From an uncultured Spirochaetales bacterium (lineage in GTDB: Bacteria; Myxococcota_A; UBA9160; JAFDET01): a stretch of 64,000 nt of DNA. This document shows, piece by piece, positions 1 to 8,419 of this stretch (the first letter of the stretch is position 1; each line of letters opens with the position of its first letter). Under the pieces are notes generated by a model. That model saw nothing but the letters and a program-made list of their open reading frames with translations, was not told the DNA's origin and ran no database searches. The position numbers and the translations under genes are program-made. The stretch covers positions 33,516-97,515 of the forward strand of contig CAYTZH010000010.1 of the NCBI GenBank assembly GCA_964442285.1. The letters are read 5' to 3'.

Positions 1-1581
1 CACCACCGCCGGACACTGCTCGGCGAACGAGGAGGTCACCCGGTAGGCCACGGTCATGAAGCGGGCCGCGTGGAGGCTCTTGTCCACGTGCTCGTAGGAG
101 GCCTCGGCGAGGTCCTCGAGGCTCGACGGCGCGAAGGGCATGAACTCCGTGCGCTGGAGCTTCTTGTTGAGCCAGTCGTTGATCGTGGGATCGGTGGGGG
201 CGTACAGGATGGAGCGGTTGCCGAGGGCGCGGGGTCCGTACTCCATGGCGCCGGCGAAGCGCGCCACCACCCGGTTCGCCATCAGCTCGTCGACCACGGC
301 CTCCTCGAGGTCCGCGGGCCGCTCGAAGGCCACGTCGGCCGCACGCAGGGCGCCCTCGATCTCCCGCTCGTTGTACTCGGGGCCGAGGTAGACGTGGGGG
401 ATGGCCTGGGGCTTCACCTCCACCGTCTCGGCCAGGCGCAGGAAGGCCGCCCCGACCGAGAGGCCGCCGTCGCCCATGTTGGGATGGATGAAGGTCTGGC
501 GCGCCCAGGGCAGCTCCGCCAGGCACGCATTCACCCGCACGTTCGCGAACACGCCGCCCGCCATGGCGACCTGGCCGTCGAAGCTCTCGGGGCCGATCAC
601 CCGGACTGCGTTGCTGACCCACGCACACAGGATCTCCTCGGTGAAGGCCTGGACGCCCGCGGCCATGTCCTCGCGCGAGTGGCGGGCGGCCAGGGCGTCC
701 ACCTGCTCGCGCAGCCAGTGGTAGTGGGAGAGCTTCCAGAAGTGGTCGAGGCGGGGGAGGATGAAGCGCGCGGCCTGGCCCGGATGGCGGGCGTAGAAGC
801 CGGTGGCCGACCAGTCGCCGGCCTTGTGGGCGATCCCGCAGCCGTCCTCGGTGAGCCCCACCAGGGCGCGGAAGGACGGCAGCGTGGCGTCCGGGTCGCC
901 GTGGGCGGCCAGGCCCGTGATCTTGCCCTCGTGGCGGTTCGGCTTGAAGCCCAGGGCCCGGGTGACCTCCGAGTACACGGCGCCGACGCTCGCGTCCGCC
1001 GCGAGGACGGACGCCGTGCGCAGGAGGCGGCCGTCGCGGGCGAGGGAGATCGAGCCCGAGTCCTCGTCGCCGGCGCCGTCGCTGGTGACGACCAGGGCCT
1101 TCTCGAAGCCGGACGTGTAGTACGCCGACGAGGCGTGGCAGGTGTGGTGCCCGTAGCGCTTCGCCGGCGCCGTGATGCCGAACTGGCTGCGCAGGCGGTC
1201 GGCGAGGAGCCGCTCGCCCTCGGCGACGCTGGCCCGCCGCGACCGGGGGGCGAGGGCGATCCAGGCCTGGCGTCCGAGGCGGGGCAGCAGGCGGGCCTTC
1301 TCGGCGGTGGACATGGCGTCGATCGCCGTGTGGCGGTTCCCGGCCAGCAGGAAGCGCATGTAGTCGGCGTCGAGGGGGCGGATCGAGGTCCAGGCCACCG
1401 CCTCGATCTGGGAGGCCTCGGCGCCCGCCAGGCGGAGCACCTCGGCGATAGCGCGCTCGGGGAAGGTGTAGGAGAACTTGACCCGGTCGAGGCGCTCCTC
1501 CTGCACGCAGCAGAGCACGCCCGACTCCGTCACGAGCGCGGCACTCGCATCGTGGCTGAGGTTGAGGCCGAGAACGAGCAT
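1..1581 (-). CDS. Carbamoyltransferase (NodU/CmcH family), paralog 1; C-terminal end runs off the window
   Basis: Not in the ORF track because there is no stop in the window. My reverse-strand translation from the ATG at 1581..1579 reads MLVLGLNLSHDASAALVTESGVLCCVQEERLDRVKF. Further on it reads KRYGHHTCHASSAYYTSGFEKALVVTSDGAGDEDSG. These are the same N-terminal and HHxxHAxSA / TxDGxG signatures as the full-length paralogs at 25087 and 41677. The frame is open for all 527 codons. The listed + ORF 70..1605 is its antisense shadow. Confidence 0.85.
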   Translation of the reverse strand, partial: MLVLGLNLSHDASAALVTESGVLCCVQEERLDRVKFSYTFPERAIAEVLRLAGAEASQIEAVAWTSIRPLDADYMRFLLAGNRHTAIDAMSTAEKARLLPRLGRQAWIALAPRSRRASVAEGERLLADRLRSQFGITAPAKRYGHHTCHASSAYYTSGFEKALVVTSDGAGDEDSGSISLARDGRLLRTASVLAADASVGAVYSEVTRALGFKPNRHEGKITGLAAHGDPDATLPSFRALVGLTEDGCGIAHKAGDWSATGFYARHPGQAARFILPRLDHFWKLSHYHWLREQVDALAARHSREDMAAGVQAFTEEILCAWVSNAVRVIGPESFDGQVAMAGGVFANVRVNACLAELPWARQTFIHPNMGDGGLSVGAAFLRLAETVEVKPQAIPHVYLGPEYNEREIEGALRAADVAFERPADLEEAVVDELMANRVVARFAGAMEYGPRALGNRSILYAPTDPTINDWLNKKLQRTEFMPFAPSSLEDLAEASYEHVDKSLHAARFMTVAYRVTSSFAEQCPAVV

Positions 1582-1765
1582 CGGGACCGCTGCTCCTCGC
1601 GCTGAGAACGCTCCGAGATACCAGAAGGGTACATCGTCCGCAAATCGCCCGACCTGTGGCTCGATCGCGGCGCGCGCCGGCCCGACGGCGTCCGCGGCGC
1701 GCGCGGGCGAACGTCCCTCGGGTCCGTTTCCGAGGCCTTGGGCCCGGTTCTGCGCGGTCTCGCGT

Positions 1766-1792
1766 TGGCAACGGCCTGGCAACAAAGTGGCA
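1766..1792 (+). promoter_or_regulatory. Candidate sigma54-type promoter(s): TGGCA repeated three times at exact 11-bp spacing
   Basis: The sequence TGGCAACGGCCTGGCAACAAAGTGGCA has TGGCA at 1766, 1777 and 1788. Each adjacent pair has the GG-N10-GC geometry of -24/-12 promoters (consensus TGGCAC-N5-TTGCA). It lies about 105 nt upstream of the SGNH gene ATG at 1897, in a 315-bp divergent intergenic region. Confidence 0.35.
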
Positions 1793-1896
1793 GATTCGAG
1801 GCGCAGGGCTCGTGGTGGACCCGCATCCGCCCGCCTTCCGGGTGTCCCCCGCTTCCGGACTCTCCTACAATCCGCGCCCACGGTGGGGCGCTGGTG

Positions 1897-3039
1897 ATGC
1901 GATCTCGGGCAGAACGGCTCGCGGCCGGCTATCGCGGTCTGGCCATCCTGGTCCTGAACACGTTGCTCCTGCTGGTCCTGCTTGAGGTGGTCGCCGGAAT
2001 CGCCATTGGCTGGTCGGACCAGAGCGTCCCCCGGAAGTCGCTGCTCCCGTACTACCAGGCTCAGGAGTGGAACGTCGACTTCTGGGCGGACTACCGCGCG
2101 GAGCGCGAGAAGCCCCTGCGGCAGTACGCACCCTACGTGGGCTGGCGTCGGGTGCCCTTCCGGGGAAAGCTGGTGAACATCGAGCCCGACGGGCGGCGGC
2201 GCACGCCGGGTGCGGAGTGCGTGCCCGGCGCGCTTCGCGTCTGGGCCTTCGGGGGCTCCACCATGGAGGGAGAGGGCGCTCCGGACTGGGGCACGATCCC
2301 GGCCCACCTCCAGGAGCGGCTGGACGAACGCCACGAGCGGCCGGTCTGCGTCGTGAACCTCGGGCAAGGAGGCTGGGTCTCCACCCAGGAGGTCATCGAG
2401 CTCGCCCTGAGGCTGAGGGACGGCGAGCGGCCCGACGTCGCCGTCTTCTATGACGGCATCAACGACGTCTTTGCCGCCTACCAATCACGACGCGCTGGCG
2501 TGCACCAGAACCTGGAGGGCGTGCGACGGCGTTTCGACGGGGATTCCTTTCTCGTGGAGGCTGTGCTGCGCTCCCACACCGCGGATCTGCTCGGACGCAT
2601 CGCCCATCGCCTGCGCGGGCGACGGCCGCGCCATGCGTGGGATGGACAGGAGGTGGACGTGGAGGCGCTCGCCGCGGAGGTGGTCGATAGCTATCTGGGC
2701 AACGTCCGGACGGCCCGGGCCCTGGCGGCTCGCTTCGGCTTCCGGGCGCTCTTCTTCTGGCAGCCGCTCCTCATGGTGGAGCAGAAGCCGCTCTCGCAGA
2801 TCGAGACCCTCCTCCTCTCGCGCCAAGATCCGAAACTCGTTGCGCTCTACCGAGCCGTCTACGCGCGGATGGCCCGGGTGGCCGAGCGCGAGCTGGACCT
2901 CCACGACATCTCGGACGTCTTCTCCCAGGTGGAGGAGGGGGTGTACAGCGATCCCTACCACGTGACCCCCGAAGCCAACGCCCTGCTCGCGCGGCGGATG
3001 CTCGCGCTGGCGGGTCCCCTCGGGCCTCCTCAGGACTGA
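1897..3039 (+). CDS. Membrane-anchored SGNH/GDSL-type hydrolase or acyl-modifying enzyme (paralog a)
   Basis: Internal ATG at 1897 of ORF 1738..3039. N-terminal TM segment LAILVLNTLLLLVLLEVVAGIAIGW. SGNH-like blocks VWAFGGSTMEG (block I, GGS for GDS), NLGQGGW (block II) and FYDGINDV (block III). Confidence 0.75.
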   Translation: MRSRAERLAAGYRGLAILVLNTLLLLVLLEVVAGIAIGWSDQSVPRKSLLPYYQAQEWNVDFWADYRAEREKPLRQYAPYVGWRRVPFRGKLVNIEPDGRRRTPGAECVPGALRVWAFGGSTMEGEGAPDWGTIPAHLQERLDERHERPVCVVNLGQGGWVSTQEVIELALRLRDGERPDVAVFYDGINDVFAAYQSRRAGVHQNLEGVRRRFDGDSFLVEAVLRSHTADLLGRIAHRLRGRRPRHAWDGQEVDVEALAAEVVDSYLGNVRTARALAARFGFRALFFWQPLLMVEQKPLSQIETLLLSRQDPKLVALYRAVYARMARVAERELDLHDISDVFSQVEEGVYSDPYHVTPEANALLARRMLALAGPLGPPQD

Positions 3040-3467
3040 ACGGGGCGTGACGGCGGCGACGGCGCGGCGATCCGATCGACCGCGCGGCGACCGATCCAGG
3101 CGCCGAGCGCATAGTACGGGAAGTCCCACCAGCCGAACGTGGTGCCCACCAGGGTCCGGCCGAGGAAGTTGCGTCGCGCCGCCTCCAGGACCCAAGCGTC
3201 TGAAAGCTGGCTGAACTCGAGCGCGCACGTGGCCGCGAGGACACCCCAGGCGACGCGGGAGGTCGGCCATGCCGGGCGCACGAGCTTGACCACCCCGATC
3301 CAGAACGCGACATACAGCACGCCGCCGAGCCGATGGTTCACCCAGAAGGCGGCCGGTCCCGCGTAGAACTTCGTGGCGAACCCGACCGGGACCAGCAGGA
3401 GCAGTCCCACTGCGACCCGCCGCTTCAGGACGGACGCGTCGAGCGGCGCACCCCGAGTCCGGCTCAC
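3030..3467 (-). CDS. DUF2809-like small polytopic membrane protein
   Basis: ORF 3030..3467 with a GTG start directly after the upstream stop. The pattern KFYAGPAAFWVNHRLGGVLYV ... EFSQL ... LGRTLVGTTFGWWDFPYYALGA matches my recollection of DUF2809 proteins. Its 3' end overlaps the convergent SGNH gene by 10 nt. Confidence 0.6.
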   Translation of the reverse strand: MSRTRGAPLDASVLKRRVAVGLLLLVPVGFATKFYAGPAAFWVNHRLGGVLYVAFWIGVVKLVRPAWPTSRVAWGVLAATCALEFSQLSDAWVLEAARRNFLGRTLVGTTFGWWDFPYYALGAWIGRRAVDRIAAPSPPSRPVQS

Positions 3468-4571
3468 TCAGGTCGTGCGGGCGCCGAGGTCGTCGACCCA
3501 GGCTGGAAACTCCCGGGCGATCTCGGCCACCCGATCCTCTTCGAAGTAGCCCGATTCGTGGCAGCGGCGCCGGCCGGCCGCGGCCACCCGCCGGCGCTCC
3601 TCCGGATCGGCCAGGTAGCGTCGGCACTGGGCCAGAAGCTCGTCGGGACCTTCGAAGAAGGCGGCTTCTTCCCCTTCCCGGAAGAAGCCGGCCACCACGG
3701 GGTTCCGCTGGTGCAGGAGGAAGGCCCCCAGGGCCGGGATCTGGAAGGTCCGCGACGCGGTGTGGTTTCGGTTCTGGGTCGAGACGATGCCGAGATTGAT
3801 GTCGAACGACACGATCGCTCGGCCGTACTCCTCGCCCCACACACCCCGATACTGGCACACCCCCTGTAGCTCCGACCTGGCCCGGGCGCTCTCCCAGTTC
3901 GGGCCGTAGATCTTCAGAGGGATGTGCGCCCGGATCAGGTGCAGCAGAAGCTCCTCGGTGTAGGGCTCCCAGTGGCCGATGAACCCGACCGGCGCACCCA
4001 CGGCAGCACGCTCCTCCGCCGTCATGGGACTCGGTTCCGGAACGGCGCGGTTGGCGCACAGTTCCATGTGATACACCCGCGGTAGCCCGTCGCGGCGGAA
4101 CTCCTCGACGTTGTGCAGGTTCGAGGTGATGTGAACGTCGTAGTCGCGGAGGCCGCGGAGGAGGAACCGCCAGTGAAGCCAGTGCATCCGGGTGTCGGCC
4201 CGCCAGTCGTCGGTGTTGTGGTACACGAGAACGCCGCCGAGCCGACGCAGCTCGCGTAGGGTCTGGGGGAACACGAAGACGCCCTTCTCGATCCAGACGA
4301 TCTGGGGTCGAAAGCGCCGAGCGCGCTCCAGGATCTCGCGGTTGAAGCGGTGCACACCGGGCGTGCGCAGGGTCCAGAACGTGAGCCGCGACAGGATGGG
4401 GTTCGCGCTCTCGACGTAGTCGCGCTGGTCGATCGATTCCACCTGGTGGCCGAAGTGGACGAGCGCATCACGCCGCGCCCGGGTGGTGAGGAAGGGGCGG
4501 AGGCTGCCGATGAAGAGGATGCGGAACGGGTCCAAGGGCGTGCGGGTCCGTGGCGTGGCGGAGGATGACAC
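3468..4571 (-). CDS. CgeB-like glycosyltransferase (GT1-fold, DUF3880/Glyco_trans_1_2-like)
   Basis: ORF 3468..4571. Coding-like composition. The C-terminal part RTFQIPALGAFLLHQRNPVVAGFFREGEEAAFFEGPDELLAQCRRYLADPEERRRVAAAG is typical of CgeB/spore-maturation-type glycosyltransferases. Confidence 0.6.
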   Translation of the reverse strand: MSSSATPRTRTPLDPFRILFIGSLRPFLTTRARRDALVHFGHQVESIDQRDYVESANPILSRLTFWTLRTPGVHRFNREILERARRFRPQIVWIEKGVFVFPQTLRELRRLGGVLVYHNTDDWRADTRMHWLHWRFLLRGLRDYDVHITSNLHNVEEFRRDGLPRVYHMELCANRAVPEPSPMTAEERAAVGAPVGFIGHWEPYTEELLLHLIRAHIPLKIYGPNWESARARSELQGVCQYRGVWGEEYGRAIVSFDINLGIVSTQNRNHTASRTFQIPALGAFLLHQRNPVVAGFFREGEEAAFFEGPDELLAQCRRYLADPEERRRVAAAGRRRCHESGYFEEDRVAEIAREFPAWVDDLGARTT

Positions 4572-4720
4572 GCGCCGCTCGCGGCGTGCCGAAGGGATAG
4601 CACACGGCCTCGCATCGAGGTCGCGGGCCCGCTCCGGCGACGCGCTTTACGTTCCAACCCGGTTCTGCTACTTCAGCGCGTCGGCCCGATCAGTGGGTCC
4701 GGTGTCCGCTGCGGGAGCCC

Positions 4721-6019
4721 ATGAACCCGATCCGACGCAGGCTGGCGGACCGCCGCGCGGCCGCTCGCGACGCGCGCGGCGCTGCCTACGCCGAGGCGGC
4801 CCACGACGCCTTGGGGCGTCTCAGCCAGCAGCTCGAGCGCTTCAACCGCTGCTGGAGCGAGATCTCGCGCCACGTTCCCTACTACGCCGCCCAGCTGCGT
4901 GCCGGTGCGCTCCCGGTACGCTTCGACAGCTGGGCGGAGGTGCTCGAGCGGCTGCCGGTGGCCGATCGTCGCTTCGCCCAGACCCACGGCGCGGCGCTCG
5001 CGGACACGCGCCGACCGCCCGACTTCCAGCGCATGACCGGCGGATCCTCTGCGGAGCCCGTCCAGCTGCCGGCCTGGGACGAGGAGCGCGCCGCGCTCGA
5101 TCCGGACACATGGCTCGGCCGCAGCTGGTACGGCATCGAGCCCGCCGACGGGCTGTTCATGATCTGGGGGCACAGCCACCTGCTGGGTCACGGGCTCCGG
5201 GGGCGCTGGAACGCGCGCAAGCGCCAGCTCCAGGACGCCCTGCTCGGGACCATCCGGTTCTCGGCCTACGACATGTCGCCCGCGGCCATGGACCGCGCCG
5301 CCCGGTCCCTCGAGCGGTCGGCAGCCCGTTGGGTGATCGGCTACTCCGTCGCCCTCGACCGCTTCGCACGTCTCCGGGAGGGTCGGCCCCTGGCGTGCGA
5401 CGAGCTCAAGGCCGTGGTGGCCACCGCCGAGGCGCTCCCCGCGGACGACTCGGAGTCCCGCCTTCGCGAGGTGTTCCAGGCGCCGGTGGCGATGGAGTAC
5501 GGCGCGGTCGAGACGGGCCTGGTGGCGCACACCCGGCCCGAGGGCGGCTACGGGGCGTTCTGGCTCTCCTACTTCCTCGAGGCGGCGGAGCCCGGGCCCC
5601 GCGGCGGACGCGTGCTGCGGGTGACGAGCCTCTATCCCCGCTGCTTTCCGCTCCTCCGCTACGACCTGGGCGACGAGGTCGAGGCACCGGACGTCGAGCT
5701 CGGCGCGACCCGCTTCAGCCGGGTCCTCGGACGCTGCAACGACTACGTGGAGCTGGCCGGGGGCGTCCACATCCACTCCGAGGCCATCACCCACTGCGTG
5801 CGCGGCTTGGCGTCGGTGCAGGCCTTCCAGCTCGTCCAGGAGGGCGCCGCCATCGAGCTGCGGGTCGTCCCGCGCGGACGGCTCGACGAGGCCGACCGCG
5901 CCGGGATCCGCGATCGGCTCGCGCGCATCCACCCCGATCTCGGTCGGGCGGACGTCGCGCCGGTCGAGCAGCTGTACCAGACCCGGGCCGGCAAGACACC
6001 CATGATCCTGAGGCGCTGA
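4721..6019 (+). CDS. CapK / F390-synthetase / phenylacetate-CoA-ligase-like adenylate-forming enzyme (paralog 1, degenerate P-loop)
   Basis: ORF 4721..6019, with RBS GGGAG before the ATG. Family-like N-terminus and the LYPRCFPLLRYDLGDEV motif. The P-loop position reads TGGSSAEP rather than SSGTTG. Confidence 0.6.
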   Translation: MNPIRRRLADRRAAARDARGAAYAEAAHDALGRLSQQLERFNRCWSEISRHVPYYAAQLRAGALPVRFDSWAEVLERLPVADRRFAQTHGAALADTRRPPDFQRMTGGSSAEPVQLPAWDEERAALDPDTWLGRSWYGIEPADGLFMIWGHSHLLGHGLRGRWNARKRQLQDALLGTIRFSAYDMSPAAMDRAARSLERSAARWVIGYSVALDRFARLREGRPLACDELKAVVATAEALPADDSESRLREVFQAPVAMEYGAVETGLVAHTRPEGGYGAFWLSYFLEAAEPGPRGGRVLRVTSLYPRCFPLLRYDLGDEVEAPDVELGATRFSRVLGRCNDYVELAGGVHIHSEAITHCVRGLASVQAFQLVQEGAAIELRVVPRGRLDEADRAGIRDRLARIHPDLGRADVAPVEQLYQTRAGKTPMILRR

Positions 6020-6025
6020 GGGTCG

Positions 6026-7129
6026 GTGACCGCGAACGCCGGGCGGGGCCTGCGACTCCTGCTGCTGCACACCGACGGCTACGGGACGCCGGGCGGAATG
6101 GCCGCGTTCAACCGCGGCTTCGTCGCGGCGGCCCTGGCCAGCGGTCGCACCGCGCGGGTGAGCGTCGTCTCGATGTTCGACGGCCCCGGGAGACCGGACG
6201 TGCCCCCGGAGGTCACCTGGTACCCGGTGCCGCCGGGCGACAAGGTCGGCTACGCCAGGCGCGCCCTGGCGGCGGCGGCGCGGGGCTTCGATCTGGTCGT
6301 CTGCGGTCACATCAACCTCATGCCCCTGGGCCTCGCCGCGGCCCGCCTGGCCCGAGCCCGGCTCTGGACCCAGAGCCACGGCATCGAGATCTGGCAGCCG
6401 CCCCGCGGCCGGCTGCACCGCTGGAGCTTCGAGCACAACGATCGGGTGCTCACGGTGAGTGCGTTCTCCCGCGCACGCATTCTGGAGTGGGCGCGCCTGG
6501 CACCCGAGCGCGTCCAGGTGATCCACAACACGGTCGATCCCGACCGCTTCACCCTGGGCCCGCGCAACCCCGAGCTCGTGGCCCGCTACGGGCTGGCGGG
6601 GCGCCGGGTGCTGATGACCGTGGCCCGTCTCGCGGCCTCCGAGCAGCGCAAGGGACACGATCGGGTGATCGCCGTGATGCCCAAGGTGGTGGAGGCGATC
6701 CCGAACGCCACCTATCTGATCGTCGGCGACGGCGATGACCGGCCCCGACTCGAGGCCCTGGTGCGGGACCACGGGATGGCGGACCGGGTGGTCTTCACCG
6801 GGTTCGTGGACGACCTGTGCGAGCACTACCGGCTCGCCGACCTCTACGTGATGCCGAGCCGCGGGGACGGCTTCGGGATCGTCTTCCTTGAGGCCGCGTG
6901 CTGCGGGGTGCCCTCGCTGGGGAGCAGCGACGATGCGGGAGGGGAGGTCGCCACGCGCCTCGGCGGGCGCGCCACCGCGAGCGGCGATCCGGACCGGCTC
7001 GCCGCCGCCATCGTGGAAGGGCTGCGAGACGCGGGGCCGCCGGATCCGGACCTCCGCGGCCGCGCGATCGAGCTCTACGGGCCGGAGCGGTACCGCGCCC
7101 GCGTCGGCGAGCTGCTGGCCACGCTCTGA
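6026..7129 (+). CDS. Glycosyltransferase family 4 (GT-B)
   Basis: ORF 6026..7129, GTG start. C-terminal GT4 signature LYVMPSRGDGFGIVFLEAACCGVPSLGSS (E-x7-E region). Confidence 0.8.
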   Translation: MTANAGRGLRLLLLHTDGYGTPGGMAAFNRGFVAAALASGRTARVSVVSMFDGPGRPDVPPEVTWYPVPPGDKVGYARRALAAAARGFDLVVCGHINLMPLGLAAARLARARLWTQSHGIEIWQPPRGRLHRWSFEHNDRVLTVSAFSRARILEWARLAPERVQVIHNTVDPDRFTLGPRNPELVARYGLAGRRVLMTVARLAASEQRKGHDRVIAVMPKVVEAIPNATYLIVGDGDDRPRLEALVRDHGMADRVVFTGFVDDLCEHYRLADLYVMPSRGDGFGIVFLEAACCGVPSLGSSDDAGGEVATRLGGRATASGDPDRLAAAIVEGLRDAGPPDPDLRGRAIELYGPERYRARVGELLATL

Positions 7130-7139
7130 GCGGACCGCG

Positions 7140-8294
7140 TCAGCCGCGCTTCTTGCGCAGGACCTTGCGCTGCTGGTTCTGGAAGCGGTTGGCGGTGAGG
7201 AAGTCGTCGTTGATCGTGCAGCCTTCGTAGAGCTGCAACGCATAGGCCGGGTGGTTGGGCGCCGCGCGCAGGCCGTTGAACCCCTCGATCGTGCAGCCCC
7301 GGACGGTCGCGTGGGCGTTCTCGTTGAGCTGGATGGCGTTCCCATGGCGGCCGGCGGCGCGCAGGATGCAGTTCACCACACGCACCCCTTTCACGTTGTA
7401 GTAGAGGCTGATGCCGTGCCCGCCCTGGGTGGCCCGGCCGAAGCCCAGGCTCTTGTCGATGGTGGAGTCGTGGATCCAGACGTCTTCGGCGGGGTCGGGG
7501 TGGACCGCGTCGAACGCCACCTGGTTGGTCCCCTGGATCGAGAAGTTCATGCCGGTGAGCCGGGCCACCTCCACCCGTTTGGGGTGCACGAGCTTGCAGC
7601 TTCCGCTCAGCTCGCCGGTGGCGCGGCAGTCGAGGACCTTGGCGTCGCGCAGCTCGGTCAGGGCGAAGCCGGGTCCGCCGATCTTCACGCCCGGGCGACT
7701 CGGGCTCGGCGCCGGGTCGAGACCCCAGGTGTCGTGGACCCGCACGCGCTCGATGCGCAGGCGCCGGCTGGGCGCGTACTGCTCCGTCCGCACGCCCATC
7801 ATGCAGCTGTGGATCTCGACGTCGCGGATCACCCCGTCGTCGAGGCCGTGGCCCACGATTCCTTCGCGCGGAAACCCGTGGATCAGCGCGTTTTCGATCC
7901 GCAGCCTCGGCGCCTTCTGGATCTTGATTGCCGCCAGGCTGGCACAGACGCCGGGGGGGGCGCCCAGCCGCTCGCTGCCGAGGTTCCACCGCCTCTGCCA
8001 ACGCGACGCACCCACCAGCTCGACATTGCGCAATGTGATGTTCGGGTTGGCGATCCAGAGCGCCGCCATGGTCGACTCGAACCGGAAGTCCGGAGCGAGC
8101 ACGAGGCGGAGGTTCTCGAGTGTCTCTCCGGCGGTCAGCGAGAGCGGCTTTCGCAGGACCCGGGTCTCCCGCGGTCCGGAGGCCACGGCAGGCGAGCTGG
8201 CGGCGCGGGCCGTGCACCCCGTCGGCAGCAGACACGCACCGGCGAGGGCGAGACCGGCGCGGGAGGTGCGCAACAGGAATTCCCGTCGATCCAT
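7140..8294 (-). CDS. Tat-signal right-handed beta-helix protein; putative secreted polysaccharide lyase or depolymerase
   Basis: Internal ATG at 8294 of ORF 7140..8444, with GGAG 5-8 nt upstream. N-terminus MDRREFLLRTSRAGLALAGACLLPTGCTARAAS carries a twin-arginine motif (RREFL). The body shows repetitive beta-helix-like turns such as NITLRNVEL, RIENALIHGF, IRDVEIHSC, RIERVRVHDT, VRVVNCIL and TVRGCTIEGF. Confidence 0.65.
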   Translation of the reverse strand: MDRREFLLRTSRAGLALAGACLLPTGCTARAASSPAVASGPRETRVLRKPLSLTAGETLENLRLVLAPDFRFESTMAALWIANPNITLRNVELVGASRWQRRWNLGSERLGAPPGVCASLAAIKIQKAPRLRIENALIHGFPREGIVGHGLDDGVIRDVEIHSCMMGVRTEQYAPSRRLRIERVRVHDTWGLDPAPSPSRPGVKIGGPGFALTELRDAKVLDCRATGELSGSCKLVHPKRVEVARLTGMNFSIQGTNQVAFDAVHPDPAEDVWIHDSTIDKSLGFGRATQGGHGISLYYNVKGVRVVNCILRAAGRHGNAIQLNENAHATVRGCTIEGFNGLRAAPNHPAYALQLYEGCTINDDFLTANRFQNQQRKVLRKKRG

Positions 8295-8419
8295 GTCGCT
8301 CCGAGAGTAGCCGAGGCCCTCGCAGGGAGCGGCGTTCCCTGCGGGGGGCCGTCGGCCGAGCACTGGTGGCGTAGGAACACGAGGCCTGCGAGAATTATGG
8401 GTTACCCGCGCCTGCGGCC

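Noticed and set aside
70-1605. 511-aa + strand ORF covering the first 1.6 kb
   Set aside because: The sequence is Arg/Gly/Ala/His/Val-rich and low-complexity with no recognisable motifs. The opposite strand reads cleanly as a carbamoyltransferase with conserved signatures, so this is an antisense shadow ORF typical of high-GC DNA.
1628-1644. GGTACA-tcgt-CCGCAAA, resembling the GGCACG-N4-TCGCAAA promoters
   Set aside because: It has mismatches at key positions: GGT instead of GGC in the -24 box and a C replacing the T of the TCGCA -12 element. It also implies a 5' UTR of about 240 nt. The TGGCA triple repeat at 1766 is a better candidate for the same gene.
4483-7345. ORFs 4483..6738(+) of 751 aa and 4673..7345(-) of 890 aa
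   Set aside because: These are Arg/Pro/Gly-rich shadows over the CapK-like and GT4 genes and have no domain signatures.
8211-8225. Possible lipobox (LLPTGC) after the Tat motif of the beta-helix protein
   Set aside because: Pro at -3 and Thr at -2 fit the lipobox consensus poorly. An A-x-A signal-peptidase-I site follows immediately. I call only the Tat signal.
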